Assembly (NCBI GenBank): GCA_965204375.1
Contig: OZ241986.1
Coordinates: forward strand, 1,920,001 to 1,984,000
Origin: Candidatus Latescibacterota bacterium
Lineage (GTDB): Bacteria > Latescibacterota > UBA2968
DNA length: 64,000 bases
Reading direction: 5' to 3'
The position numbers and the translations under genes were made by a program. Position 1 is the stretch's first letter; each line of letters starts with the position of its first letter. Below the pieces are notes generated by a model. That model made no database searches and was not told where the DNA came from. It worked only from the letters and a program-made list of their open reading frames with translations. Below are positions 56,232 to 64,000 of this stretch, in pieces.

Positions 56232-57641
56232 CTATCTGAGCTTGCGCTCTTCCACTTCGATAATTTCCAGTTGCGCCTCTATTGCTGCGTAGTAATTAGG
56301 CAGTGGCTCAACCTCATACAACACCTCAACACCATGCTCCTGGCAGTTAGCGAACAGGATCATACCCCCCTCACTCGGCTCATCCACATCCTGCACCTTC
56401 TCTCGAAGGTGGACATAGAAATCTCTCAATGCTACACGCTCGGTCTCCAGTTCCTCAGATGCCATTCTATAAAACGTGGTCTTTGCACTCGGGAACAACA
56501 TTCGTTTGAATAATCCTTCCTCGGCTACCTCTCTGTGGCAAGTTATTGAACGCAACTCGAAAAACTCGACCATTGCATCTACAACATTCTGGTACAGATA
56601 CAAAAATTCGTCCCGGAAATTAGTAGCGAGACCCTGAAGTTCCTTAACAGCCCTTCGTAGATGCCGGCCCTTGACCCATCCGCTAATTCCCTTTCCTGTA
56701 AAGACACCGATTAAGCTACCTACCATGGTAGTCACAGCCGGTATAATAACAGCGGATGCGCCCCCAGTCGCAGGTACTAAAGCTAGTCCTACGCTAAGAC
56801 CAACCGTTTTTCCGACCCAGCCACCACCACCGACAGCAGCAGTGTCAAGTGCGGTATGTTCCGCTGCTGTCTTCTTGTCGAGATCGCCTTTACGAAATTT
56901 ATGGTAATTTTTACGTCCGCTGATAAGCAGCGTTGTGATGAACGGGATGCTATCAACTAAATCGAGTCCATCTCCGAGGGCATTTATACCTTCAAACGTA
57001 GCATTAGTGCTATGAAATGCTTCTTGAGAAGAGAGATCAGGATTGATTATAACTCGAGGGTTGTCGCGAAATGCATCGGCCATTTCCCGATTAGTGATTA
57101 CGTCAATATCTGGATGCTCGTCAAGATGCTCCTGAATGTACCTTGGGTCATCTGTAACCTTGACGTTGTATGGCTTTCCATCTATTATATGGTCCACTCC
57201 CTCTGCAGTACCAGACTCGGGTGTTTCAACATTATGTCCCCTCTCGCTGTAGTAATCGGCCACCATCTCCTCGCCTGTATAGCCCTTATATTTATGGATC
57301 ATGGACCGCCAAGCTGCTTCTCCAGGCTCAGACCTGATGATCTTGCTTTCCATGAAGTCTATGAGATCACCAAGATTTTGGAAGTCTTTTGCATGGTGCA
57401 GATGATCCATTCCCTGCAGAGCTTGGGGATTCAGTTTCATAGTGTTGTAGAGCACATCGAATACGCTCACACCAGTCACAACTGCGCCATCTAATCCCAA
57501 CTCTCTCGCTACACGCTTCCGCAATGGTTCATCAACCTTGAGTGTCTTTGCGAGAAAGGTCCGCTGGCGTGAACGATGGTAGTATGAAGCTGTGCTGAGC
57601 GAGATAGCCGCAACAGCAATACAGATGATTATAAATTCCAT
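56232..57641 (-). CDS. Membrane-anchored protein with PD-(D/E)xK-like segment and glycine-rich hydrophobic hairpin
   Basis: N-terminal TM; KGYTGEE...GVDHIIDG..YNVK; GGGGWVG..VG..VG.A...TGG....A...GSLIG..TG; helical C-terminus. Confidence 0.6.
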   Translation of the reverse strand: MEFIIICIAVAAISLSTASYYHRSRQRTFLAKTLKVDEPLRKRVARELGLDGAVVTGVSVFDVLYNTMKLNPQALQGMDHLHHAKDFQNLGDLIDFMESKIIRSEPGEAAWRSMIHKYKGYTGEEMVADYYSERGHNVETPESGTAEGVDHIIDGKPYNVKVTDDPRYIQEHLDEHPDIDVITNREMADAFRDNPRVIINPDLSSQEAFHSTNATFEGINALGDGLDLVDSIPFITTLLISGRKNYHKFRKGDLDKKTAAEHTALDTAAVGGGGWVGKTVGLSVGLALVPATGGASAVIIPAVTTMVGSLIGVFTGKGISGWVKGRHLRRAVKELQGLATNFRDEFLYLYQNVVDAMVEFFELRSITCHREVAEEGLFKRMLFPSAKTTFYRMASEELETERVALRDFYVHLREKVQDVDEPSEGGMILFANCQEHGVEVLYEVEPLPNYYAAIEAQLEIIEVEERKLR

Positions 57642-57729
57642 AACGCGCTTTCTTTTTTATTAAACTGGCACTTAGCGAACAGAATCAGGCCACCTTTCCT
57701 CGGAAACCCGATACTTTATGATCGTTGTA

Positions 57730-58608
57730 TCAGTTGCGATTTAGCCCTCTATCCCGTGTACGAAGAATATTCTTCCACCATTGCTCTCGTTCTCGGATCA
57801 CATCGACTGACGTGTGAGCTTGACGATGTTCCAACAGCGCAAATTGGAAATATTTACGGCAATAGTCTATGCCGCATTCCTGTACCAACTCTTGCAACGC
57901 AACGTTACCGCCATGGCCTGTGTCAACGTAGTCATTCCAACGTTGCCATATACCCATATCCCCATAGGCTGCCCCCACATACTGCTCGTCAGTTTTCTTA
58001 TCGCTAATGAGGTACACACCCTTCACACTTGCCAAGGCCGCCCTCCAATCGGGTCGGTCATTCCGAACGAGCGTCTCAAGCTCGGCAAAGGAGAGATCGA
58101 TATTCTCATAACCTGGGAATGATCGTCCTGAATACGGCTCGCGCAGAATCTCGTGAACTTTAAGGATGGGGTCGTAATTGGGCAATTGTTCAGGCAGTTC
58201 TCGATCCGGGAATAGAAGTTGCGCGTTTTGCTCGACATCGTAGTGATTTTCGAAATTCACTCGTCTGGTCCTTGCACGATACGATGAGTGCAGTTTTAGC
58301 CGTCCAATGAAGTTTTGACCTTGTTCCGTCAATTCGACTACGTATTGATTCCCCTGGTCCTCAAGTACCTCAAAGACCCCCCCGAACAGCCAGATATCCG
58401 TCTCATGATAGAACTGCATGAGCGAGAAGATAAACCGTCGGTTGAATCCTGCCGTTTGGGGCCGGTACTCTTGCCAGCTATGCCATATTTGGGGATCGCT
58501 TACCCAGGCGTCTAGGGGTTGAATTTTAATTTTACGATTATACGTAGCGAAATGGACTTTGTAATTTTCCACATTCTCAATTTGCCATATATCTCTCAGG
58601 AGAATCAT
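57730..58608 (-). CDS. GIY-YIG nuclease family protein
   Basis: KGVYLISD...EQYVGAAYG..GIWQRW..Y..TGHGGN, FQFALLE, RE.WWK..L.TR..GLN.N. Confidence 0.9.
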   Translation of the reverse strand: MILLRDIWQIENVENYKVHFATYNRKIKIQPLDAWVSDPQIWHSWQEYRPQTAGFNRRFIFSLMQFYHETDIWLFGGVFEVLEDQGNQYVVELTEQGQNFIGRLKLHSSYRARTRRVNFENHYDVEQNAQLLFPDRELPEQLPNYDPILKVHEILREPYSGRSFPGYENIDLSFAELETLVRNDRPDWRAALASVKGVYLISDKKTDEQYVGAAYGDMGIWQRWNDYVDTGHGGNVALQELVQECGIDYCRKYFQFALLEHRQAHTSVDVIREREQWWKNILRTRDRGLNRN

Positions 58609-58817
58609 ACCTGATTCCTTTCATCTAATTTCAAGCTGTTACTCAATATACTGAATTAAAATCAGAATAATCTACATCCAGCAGAGCAAATTGGCAACCG
58701 TAGAGTCATAGCGATTATTGTTCAGAATTTATTGCCCCATTTGCCCCACCAACGTATATTGCCCCATCCGCTATCACATACATCCACAGTTTGAATCAAA
58801 TTTGAGAAAGAAAACTT

Positions 58818-59930
58818 ATGGACCCCGTACAACTCACGCGCGAATTTGTATCCTTCAACTCGACCAGCTACTTGCCCAACGTCGATTGCTCAAATGCCAT
58901 GGCAGAAAGAATGCGCGAAGCTGGCCTCGCGGTTGAACGCATTCCCTACACAGACCCCAACGGCGTGCCCAAACTAAACCTCGTCGGCAAAAAAGGAAAT
59001 GGCACTGGTGGCCTTGCCCTGATGGGCCACAACGATGTCGTACCCGCCGAAGGCTGGGCGTGGGACCCCTATGAAGTCATCGAAAAGGGATCGCGAATCT
59101 ACGGACGCGGCGTAGCCGACATGAAAGGTTCTGTCGCCTGCATGATCGCCACGGCAAGCCATTTCTCCACTGACGAACTCAAACAACCCATCTACGTGGT
59201 CGTCACTGGAGATGAAGAAATCAACTGTGGAGGCGCCGATATCGTCGCCCAAAAATCCGAGGTATTAAAAGAATCCAACGTGCGCTACGGCATTATTGGC
59301 GAACCGACCTTGCTCGACGTGGTACACGCCCACAAAGGCTCGGTCAAAATCACCGTCACAGCCACGGGAAAAGCCACACACAGCAGCACGGGAACAGGCA
59401 TCAACGCCAATCACAAGCTCATCCCTTTCCTCAACGACATGCTCGCCATAGACCAAGAACTTAAAACCGACGAAAAATACCTCAACCACGCCTTCACACC
59501 CCCACACGCCACCCTCAACACCGTCATACACGGGGGTGAACAAGCATCGAACATTACCACCCCAGAAAGCGGGGCAACCCTCAACATGCGCCCCATGCCG
59601 GGACAGGATTTCGCACCCCTGCTCGACAAAATCAGAACACTGGCAGAAGAACGCGAGGTACATGTCGATATATACGACGGCCTCGCCCCACTCCACACAC
59701 CAGTGGAATCCCGCATCGTGCAAGAAGCCCTCTCCGTCACAAATAAGAGCGAACCCAAAACCGTAGCTTACGGCACTGACGGCATGATCTTTGGCAAAAC
59801 CATGGAACTCGTCGTACTCGGTCCCGGCAATATCCAGCAGGCGCATACCATTGACGAATGGATCGAAATCGAACAACTTCACCAGGCTGTAGATACCTTC
59901 TCGGAAATGGTTCGGCGGTTTTGTAGTTAG
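58818..59930 (+). CDS. M20 family metallopeptidase (ArgE/DapE-like)
   Basis: GHNDVVP, YGRG.ADMKG, DEE, IIGEPT, HKG, G.ATHSS, YGTDG, GPGNI.QAHT.DEW. Confidence 0.9.
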   Translation: MDPVQLTREFVSFNSTSYLPNVDCSNAMAERMREAGLAVERIPYTDPNGVPKLNLVGKKGNGTGGLALMGHNDVVPAEGWAWDPYEVIEKGSRIYGRGVADMKGSVACMIATASHFSTDELKQPIYVVVTGDEEINCGGADIVAQKSEVLKESNVRYGIIGEPTLLDVVHAHKGSVKITVTATGKATHSSTGTGINANHKLIPFLNDMLAIDQELKTDEKYLNHAFTPPHATLNTVIHGGEQASNITTPESGATLNMRPMPGQDFAPLLDKIRTLAEEREVHVDIYDGLAPLHTPVESRIVQEALSVTNKSEPKTVAYGTDGMIFGKTMELVVLGPGNIQQAHTIDEWIEIEQLHQAVDTFSEMVRRFCS

Positions 59931-59967
59931 GCGTAAGGAGCAATATTTAGCATTGGGAGGATATTCG

Positions 59968-61911
59968 ATGAAAGTAAGCACAATTCTTGATCAGATAGAT
60001 ATGGGGGTACTGGCACTGCCCGAGTTTCAGCGGGGTTATGTCTGGAATCGCGAGCAGGTGCGTGAATTCGTGAATTCAATGTATCAAAGGCACCCTGTTG
60101 GAAGCTTGCTGGTGTGGGAAACTGAGACCGTAAATGCAAAGTCGCGCGGAGATGCTCCTTTACCATCTGGCACAGTCAAACTGATTCTCGATGGACAGCA
60201 GAGGATAACCTCTCTTTACGGCATCATCCGTGGCGAATCTCCAACCTTCTTTGATGGCAATGAGAGTGCCTTCACAGGACTTTATTTTAATATTGAGGAA
60301 GAAATTTTTGAGTTCTATGGACCTGTTAAAATGCGAGATAATCCCCTATGGATCAGTGTTACTGATCTAATGAAAAAGGGAATAGGCCAATATTTTAGCC
60401 TCTTGAGCAAAGCTGAACTAAGTCAAAAAGCTGAAGAATACAACAACCGGTTGAACGCCGTAGCAAATATCAAGGACATTGATCTACATGTCGAAGAGGT
60501 CACAGGTAAAGACAAAGATATTGACGTAGTAGTGGACATCTTCAACAAAGTAAACAGCCAGGGGACACGCCTCTCCAAGGGGGATCTGGCACTTGCAAAG
60601 GTATGTGCTGAGTGGCCTAGAGCTAGGCCCGAGATGAAGATCAGACTGAAAAAATGGAACTCTGTTGGATTGCATTTCAAGCTAGACTGGCTATTGCGAT
60701 GTATCAATACGATAACTACTGGAAAAGCCATGTTCGATGCTTTGGAAAATGTATCTCCCTCTGGATTTAAGGATGGACTTGAACAAGCTGAAAAATATAT
60801 TGACTATTTGCTCAACCTGATATCTTCGCGTCTTGGACTCGACCATGATCGAGTTATAGGTAGTAAATACGCTTTCCCACTTATGGCCAAATACTTGAAT
60901 CAACGCGGTGGGAACATTAGAGATTCCCGAGAACAAGATCGGTTACTATTTTGGTACATCCACACGCTGCTTTGGGGCCGTTACTCTGGCTCGACGGAAA
61001 CAACATTAAATCAAGATCTAGAAGCCATCGAAGACATTGATAATGGACTGAACCGATTGATAAAACTACTCCGTAGGAATCGTGGAAATCTTAATATTAA
61101 TCCCTCCGATTTTAGAGGCTGGAGCGTAGGTGCACGTTTTTACCCCATACTTTATATGCTTATGAGAGTCCAGCACGCTCGTGACTGGGAGACCAGCATT
61201 GAACTATCAGACCATATGCTCGGACGTGGCAACAGCCTTCAGCTTCACCACATTTTTCCCAAATCCCTGCTGTATGACCGTGGATATTCTAGGCCGCAGG
61301 TGAACCAGATCGCGAACTTCACTTTCCTAACTCAGGAAACCAACATGAAAGTTTTTAATCAGGATCCGGCTATCTACCTCGATAGATACGCCATGGAAAA
61401 ACCCGGTGTGTTAGAGTCGCACTGGATCCCCATAGACTCTGAGTTGTGGAAACTGGACAATTATCTCGCGTTTCTCGAAGCACGCAGGAAACTTCTCGCA
61501 GAAGCAGCTAATCACTTTCTCCGCTCTCTGGAGTCAGGTTCTCTCTCAGGGCTTCATACAGAAAAAAGAACACTGGAACATGAAGGGCCTGTTGGCGGAA
61601 TCATCAGTTCAGATGAAGAACAGGTACTACTTGATATGAATATCTGGATTGTAGAACAGGGGCTTCCGGAAGGCGAGTTTAGCTATGAATTGGTAGATGA
61701 AAATACAGGCGAGTTAAAGGCTATTTTGGATTTAGCGTGGCCACAAGGCATACAAGAAGGATATAGCCAGCCAGTCGTCTTGTTAATTGATGAAGATTTA
61801 GAAGTCGAAAAAATGGTCAACGAAGCTGGATATAGATTCTTTACGTCACCGGAAGATTTCAGATCCTATGTACAGAATGAGATACTGGCCCTTCACCAAG
61901 CAGCAGACTGA
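59968..61911 (+). CDS. GmrSD-like DUF262 + HNH protein with extra C-terminal domain
   Basis: LPEFQRGYVW, PVGSLL.W, LDGQQRITSL, IF..VNS.GT.L; HHIFPKS...NQIANF..L....N; C-terminal LDLAWP. Confidence 0.85.
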   Translation: MKVSTILDQIDMGVLALPEFQRGYVWNREQVREFVNSMYQRHPVGSLLVWETETVNAKSRGDAPLPSGTVKLILDGQQRITSLYGIIRGESPTFFDGNESAFTGLYFNIEEEIFEFYGPVKMRDNPLWISVTDLMKKGIGQYFSLLSKAELSQKAEEYNNRLNAVANIKDIDLHVEEVTGKDKDIDVVVDIFNKVNSQGTRLSKGDLALAKVCAEWPRARPEMKIRLKKWNSVGLHFKLDWLLRCINTITTGKAMFDALENVSPSGFKDGLEQAEKYIDYLLNLISSRLGLDHDRVIGSKYAFPLMAKYLNQRGGNIRDSREQDRLLFWYIHTLLWGRYSGSTETTLNQDLEAIEDIDNGLNRLIKLLRRNRGNLNINPSDFRGWSVGARFYPILYMLMRVQHARDWETSIELSDHMLGRGNSLQLHHIFPKSLLYDRGYSRPQVNQIANFTFLTQETNMKVFNQDPAIYLDRYAMEKPGVLESHWIPIDSELWKLDNYLAFLEARRKLLAEAANHFLRSLESGSLSGLHTEKRTLEHEGPVGGIISSDEEQVLLDMNIWIVEQGLPEGEFSYELVDENTGELKAILDLAWPQGIQEGYSQPVVLLIDEDLEVEKMVNEAGYRFFTSPEDFRSYVQNEILALHQAAD

Positions 61912-62004
61912 AGTTAGAAATGTTAATAGTATTGGTAATCAACCATTTATCCTTAACTTATAAGCATTGGAGAACCACTATAGCCTTTTGACTTCGTATC
62001 CAAT

Positions 62005-62039
62005 AAAAAGCCCCGTGATTTTTTAATCACGGGGCTTTT
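62005..62039. terminator. Bidirectional intrinsic terminator
   Basis: AAAAAGCCCCGTGATT-TTTT-AATCACGGGGCTTTT. Confidence 0.85.
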
Positions 62040-62064
62040 AGTTTAATCGGCAGACCTTAGTATT

Positions 62065-62442
62065 TCAACCTTTGAGCCACGCCGCCAGATTATCGTTGTA
62101 AATTCGCACTATCTGTGGAATATAAAAGGCATCAACCAACACCCAGATGGTCGAAATAAGAAACATGATAAATCCAAACCCAAAGCTAACGGCAAATGGG
62201 TCGTCTGTTTGTGAGGATGAGTTATCCCTGAGTGATGACTCATCCATGGAGATTGCAGAGACGAACATCAGAAAAAGCGACATAATTGTGATGGTCAGAA
62301 TCGCTGCACCCGTCCCCTTTTTTTGCAGGTAGAACCTGTGTCCGCCAAATAGGCCAAGGAAAAACCAGAATAGATAAGCGATCCCGACAGACTTCTTGGA
62401 GGAATCGTAATGCATCATCTTTTCAACATCCGTATCAGACAT
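62065..62442 (-). CDS. TM2 domain membrane protein
   Basis: KKSVGIAYLFWFFLG.FGGHRFYL...W.L.DAF.IP..VR.YN. Confidence 0.9.
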   Translation of the reverse strand: MSDTDVEKMMHYDSSKKSVGIAYLFWFFLGLFGGHRFYLQKKGTGAAILTITIMSLFLMFVSAISMDESSLRDNSSSQTDDPFAVSFGFGFIMFLISTIWVLVDAFYIPQIVRIYNDNLAAWLKG

Positions 62443-62473
62443 AATACGCACCTCTTGCAGGTTTCCTTTCTAT

Positions 62474-62737
62474 CTATCCTGAGCGAGGCCCAAAGTGACG
62501 AGCATACCGGGATCCAACACGCCTTGTCCATATTTGTGCATCAAATCTGCGGGCAAGAAGCCTGTCTGATGCAGCCAGTTCGTCCTGATCAACCTCATAT
62601 TCCCCCATCTCGATGTCAATAACCACAAATTTACCTTCATCGGCAGGTTTAAAATGAGGACTTATGTCTCGGTCATAAATCTCATCGCCACGTCGCGCGA
62701 ACTCTTCTTTGCTGTACCGAGATTTTGATACGGACAT
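62474..62737 (-). CDS. Small conserved hypothetical protein
   Basis: RYSKEEFARRGDEIY...GKFV.IDIE.GEYEVD.DELAASDRL..R..DAQIW..RVG; AAGGAAG RBS. Confidence 0.7.
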   Translation of the reverse strand: MSVSKSRYSKEEFARRGDEIYDRDISPHFKPADEGKFVVIDIEMGEYEVDQDELAASDRLLARRFDAQIWTRRVGSRYARHFGPRSG

Positions 62738-62777
62738 ATAATTCTTCCTTGGTCTTGCACCAACTGGTATTTTTTAC

Positions 62778-63518
62778 TCATCTGATGAAGACGCCAATAT
62801 TCAATGGGATATACCTTGTATTATAATCTTCGTCCATTATCAGATTATATCTCACGGCGATAAAGATGCCGAATCTATCAGTCAAATTTAGCCGTATTCC
62901 ACCACCAAAATTAAGCCCAAATCGACTCGTATTTTCAGACGGTATCACTCTCAGGATGCTATCATCCCTTATACTGGGATAAAAATTTACCCATATAATA
63001 CCAGATGAAGAACTTCTAAACCAACTCACACCACCTATGAGATATGGGACAACTTTTAAATCAGACGCCCCGGGATTCACCATAAAATTTAGAGATATAG
63101 CCAGAACATTCAAAGATGGCCCGCGAATTGAGGCATTTGTCAACTCTTGTGATAGTAATGCCCCACCCTCCTCTCGAATCCTGCTAATCGTTCTGTCTCC
63201 ATCGAAAGGATGTGTAGTATAGTGCAGATTTCCGTGTAGGGCCACTCTCTGGCGTGCATCTAAAAAATATCCAAAACCAACTCCTATATTAAATCCCGTT
63301 TTATAGTGATCAAGAAATTCACCGGGTTTATCGCGGATGAGAAAACGCCCACTGGGGGTTTCAATTTTAAACTCTGGAGTTCGAAGCTTAGTATCTCGAG
63401 CAGAAAGAATGGAAATTCCCCCGTTAAAGAACGCAATGATTTTAGACTGAGCATGAGCAGACACAGGAACCAGGAAATAGATACCGCAAAATACTGCGAA
63501 AAATTTCATAAGGCGCAT
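62778..63518 (-). CDS. Outer-membrane beta-barrel protein
   Basis: Signal peptide ending AHA; GFNIGVGFGY, VPYLIGG, FGLNFGGG, YIPLNIGV. Confidence 0.75.
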   Translation of the reverse strand: MRLMKFFAVFCGIYFLVPVSAHAQSKIIAFFNGGISILSARDTKLRTPEFKIETPSGRFLIRDKPGEFLDHYKTGFNIGVGFGYFLDARQRVALHGNLHYTTHPFDGDRTISRIREEGGALLSQELTNASIRGPSLNVLAISLNFMVNPGASDLKVVPYLIGGVSWFRSSSSGIIWVNFYPSIRDDSILRVIPSENTSRFGLNFGGGIRLNLTDRFGIFIAVRYNLIMDEDYNTRYIPLNIGVFIR

Positions 63519-63551
63519 CTTAGATTTCTTTTTTCCAGCGGACCATCGCCA

Positions 63552-63818
63552 TTACCCCCCCGCAATCGACGTCACGAAATGAACCTCGCTATCGGGGGGG
63601 ATCTGTGTCCGCAAACCCTCTTCGGTGACAACGCCGTCAATCGCAACAGCCAGTCCCGGTGCAATCCGATAATCCTCGTACACCACCCGATCTTTAATCC
63701 CGGGAAATTGTGCATCCAGATTTTCGATTACCTCGCGCAGGGTATTGCCACCAACAATCACCTTCTCCTGGCCATCGGTCAATTTGCGCATCAGCGAAGG
63801 AATCCACACTTCAGGCAT
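63552..63818 (-). CDS. MoaD/ThiS family sulfur carrier
   Basis: V.IPS.MRKLT.G, L...FPG...R, C-terminal IAGG; AGGAG RBS. Confidence 0.9.
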   Translation of the reverse strand: MPEVWIPSLMRKLTDGQEKVIVGGNTLREVIENLDAQFPGIKDRVVYEDYRIAPGLAVAIDGVVTEEGLRTQIPPDSEVHFVTSIAGG

Positions 63819-63845
63819 GTCAAAACTCCTATTTCTCTGGTCCTC

Positions 63846-64000
63846 TCAGGCCGAGCCGTTCCCACCATTTTTATCCCACCAGGCTTCCAACACGCGAGGA
63901 GGCGACATAGGCAACTCGGTCAGACGCAGGCCAATAGCATCGTAAATCGCATTGGCAACCGCTGCTGTGGGTGGCACAATCGGCACCTCTCCCACTCCGC
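63846..64000 (-). CDS. Xanthine dehydrogenase-family molybdopterin-binding subunit (3' end only)
   Basis: Manual translation: GVGEVPIVPPTAAVANAIYDAIGLRLTELPMSPPRVLEAW...*. Confidence 0.88.
   Translation of the reverse strand, partial: GVGEVPIVPPTAAVANAIYDAIGLRLTELPMSPPRVLEAWWDKNGGNGSA

Noticed and set aside
63552-63818. MoaD/ThiS ubiquitin-like protein as part of a defence conjugation system
   Set aside because: It follows a molybdopterin oxidoreductase and has no E1, E2 or JAB neighbours; a cofactor-related role is simpler.

Overview
Bacterial chromosomal window. A secreted cohesin/dockerin-like protein, a PVM-type microcompartment, a sulfatase and a Bat operon suggest a Latescibacterota/Gemmatimonadota-like, possibly marine or sponge-associated organism (inference only). 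Left to right: (1) tRNA-Tyr/Gly/Thr/Trp-secE-nusG-rplKAJL-rpoB' on the minus strand, with no tuf or rpmG; (2) a sugar-phosphate isomerase, a DUF4013-like membrane protein, and adjacent plant-type threonine synthase and cystathionine gamma-synthase separated by a SAM-II riboswitch and two terminator hairpins; (3) an accessory patch with toxin-antitoxin (TA) modules and relics, the cohesin-dockerin protein and an XRE-DUF4258-GHKL ATPase/DUF3883 candidate defence operon; (4) a GldG-DUF4340-BatA-E operon; (5) ackA, MFS, sulfatase, a complete IS5-family element and a PIN TA pair; (6) a PVM-like bacterial microcompartment (BMC) locus; (7) a Wzi/ArnT-like/O-antigen-ligase glycan locus with a WecA-methyltransferase fusion; (8) a sigma-54-type envelope operon (COG3014 lipoprotein, LpoB-like protein, beta-barrel); (9) ROK kinase, beta-propeller, GGT, HicAB, a GIY-YIG/membrane/DUF2971 cassette, an ArgE-like peptidase, a GmrSD-like DUF262-HNH protein, TM2, OMP, MoaD and the end of a molybdopterin oxidoreductase. 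A small modular TCTA-jointed element occurs twice (5125 and 51801) with its internal modules reordered and one inverted. All family calls come from motif recognition by eye; no database searches were run.
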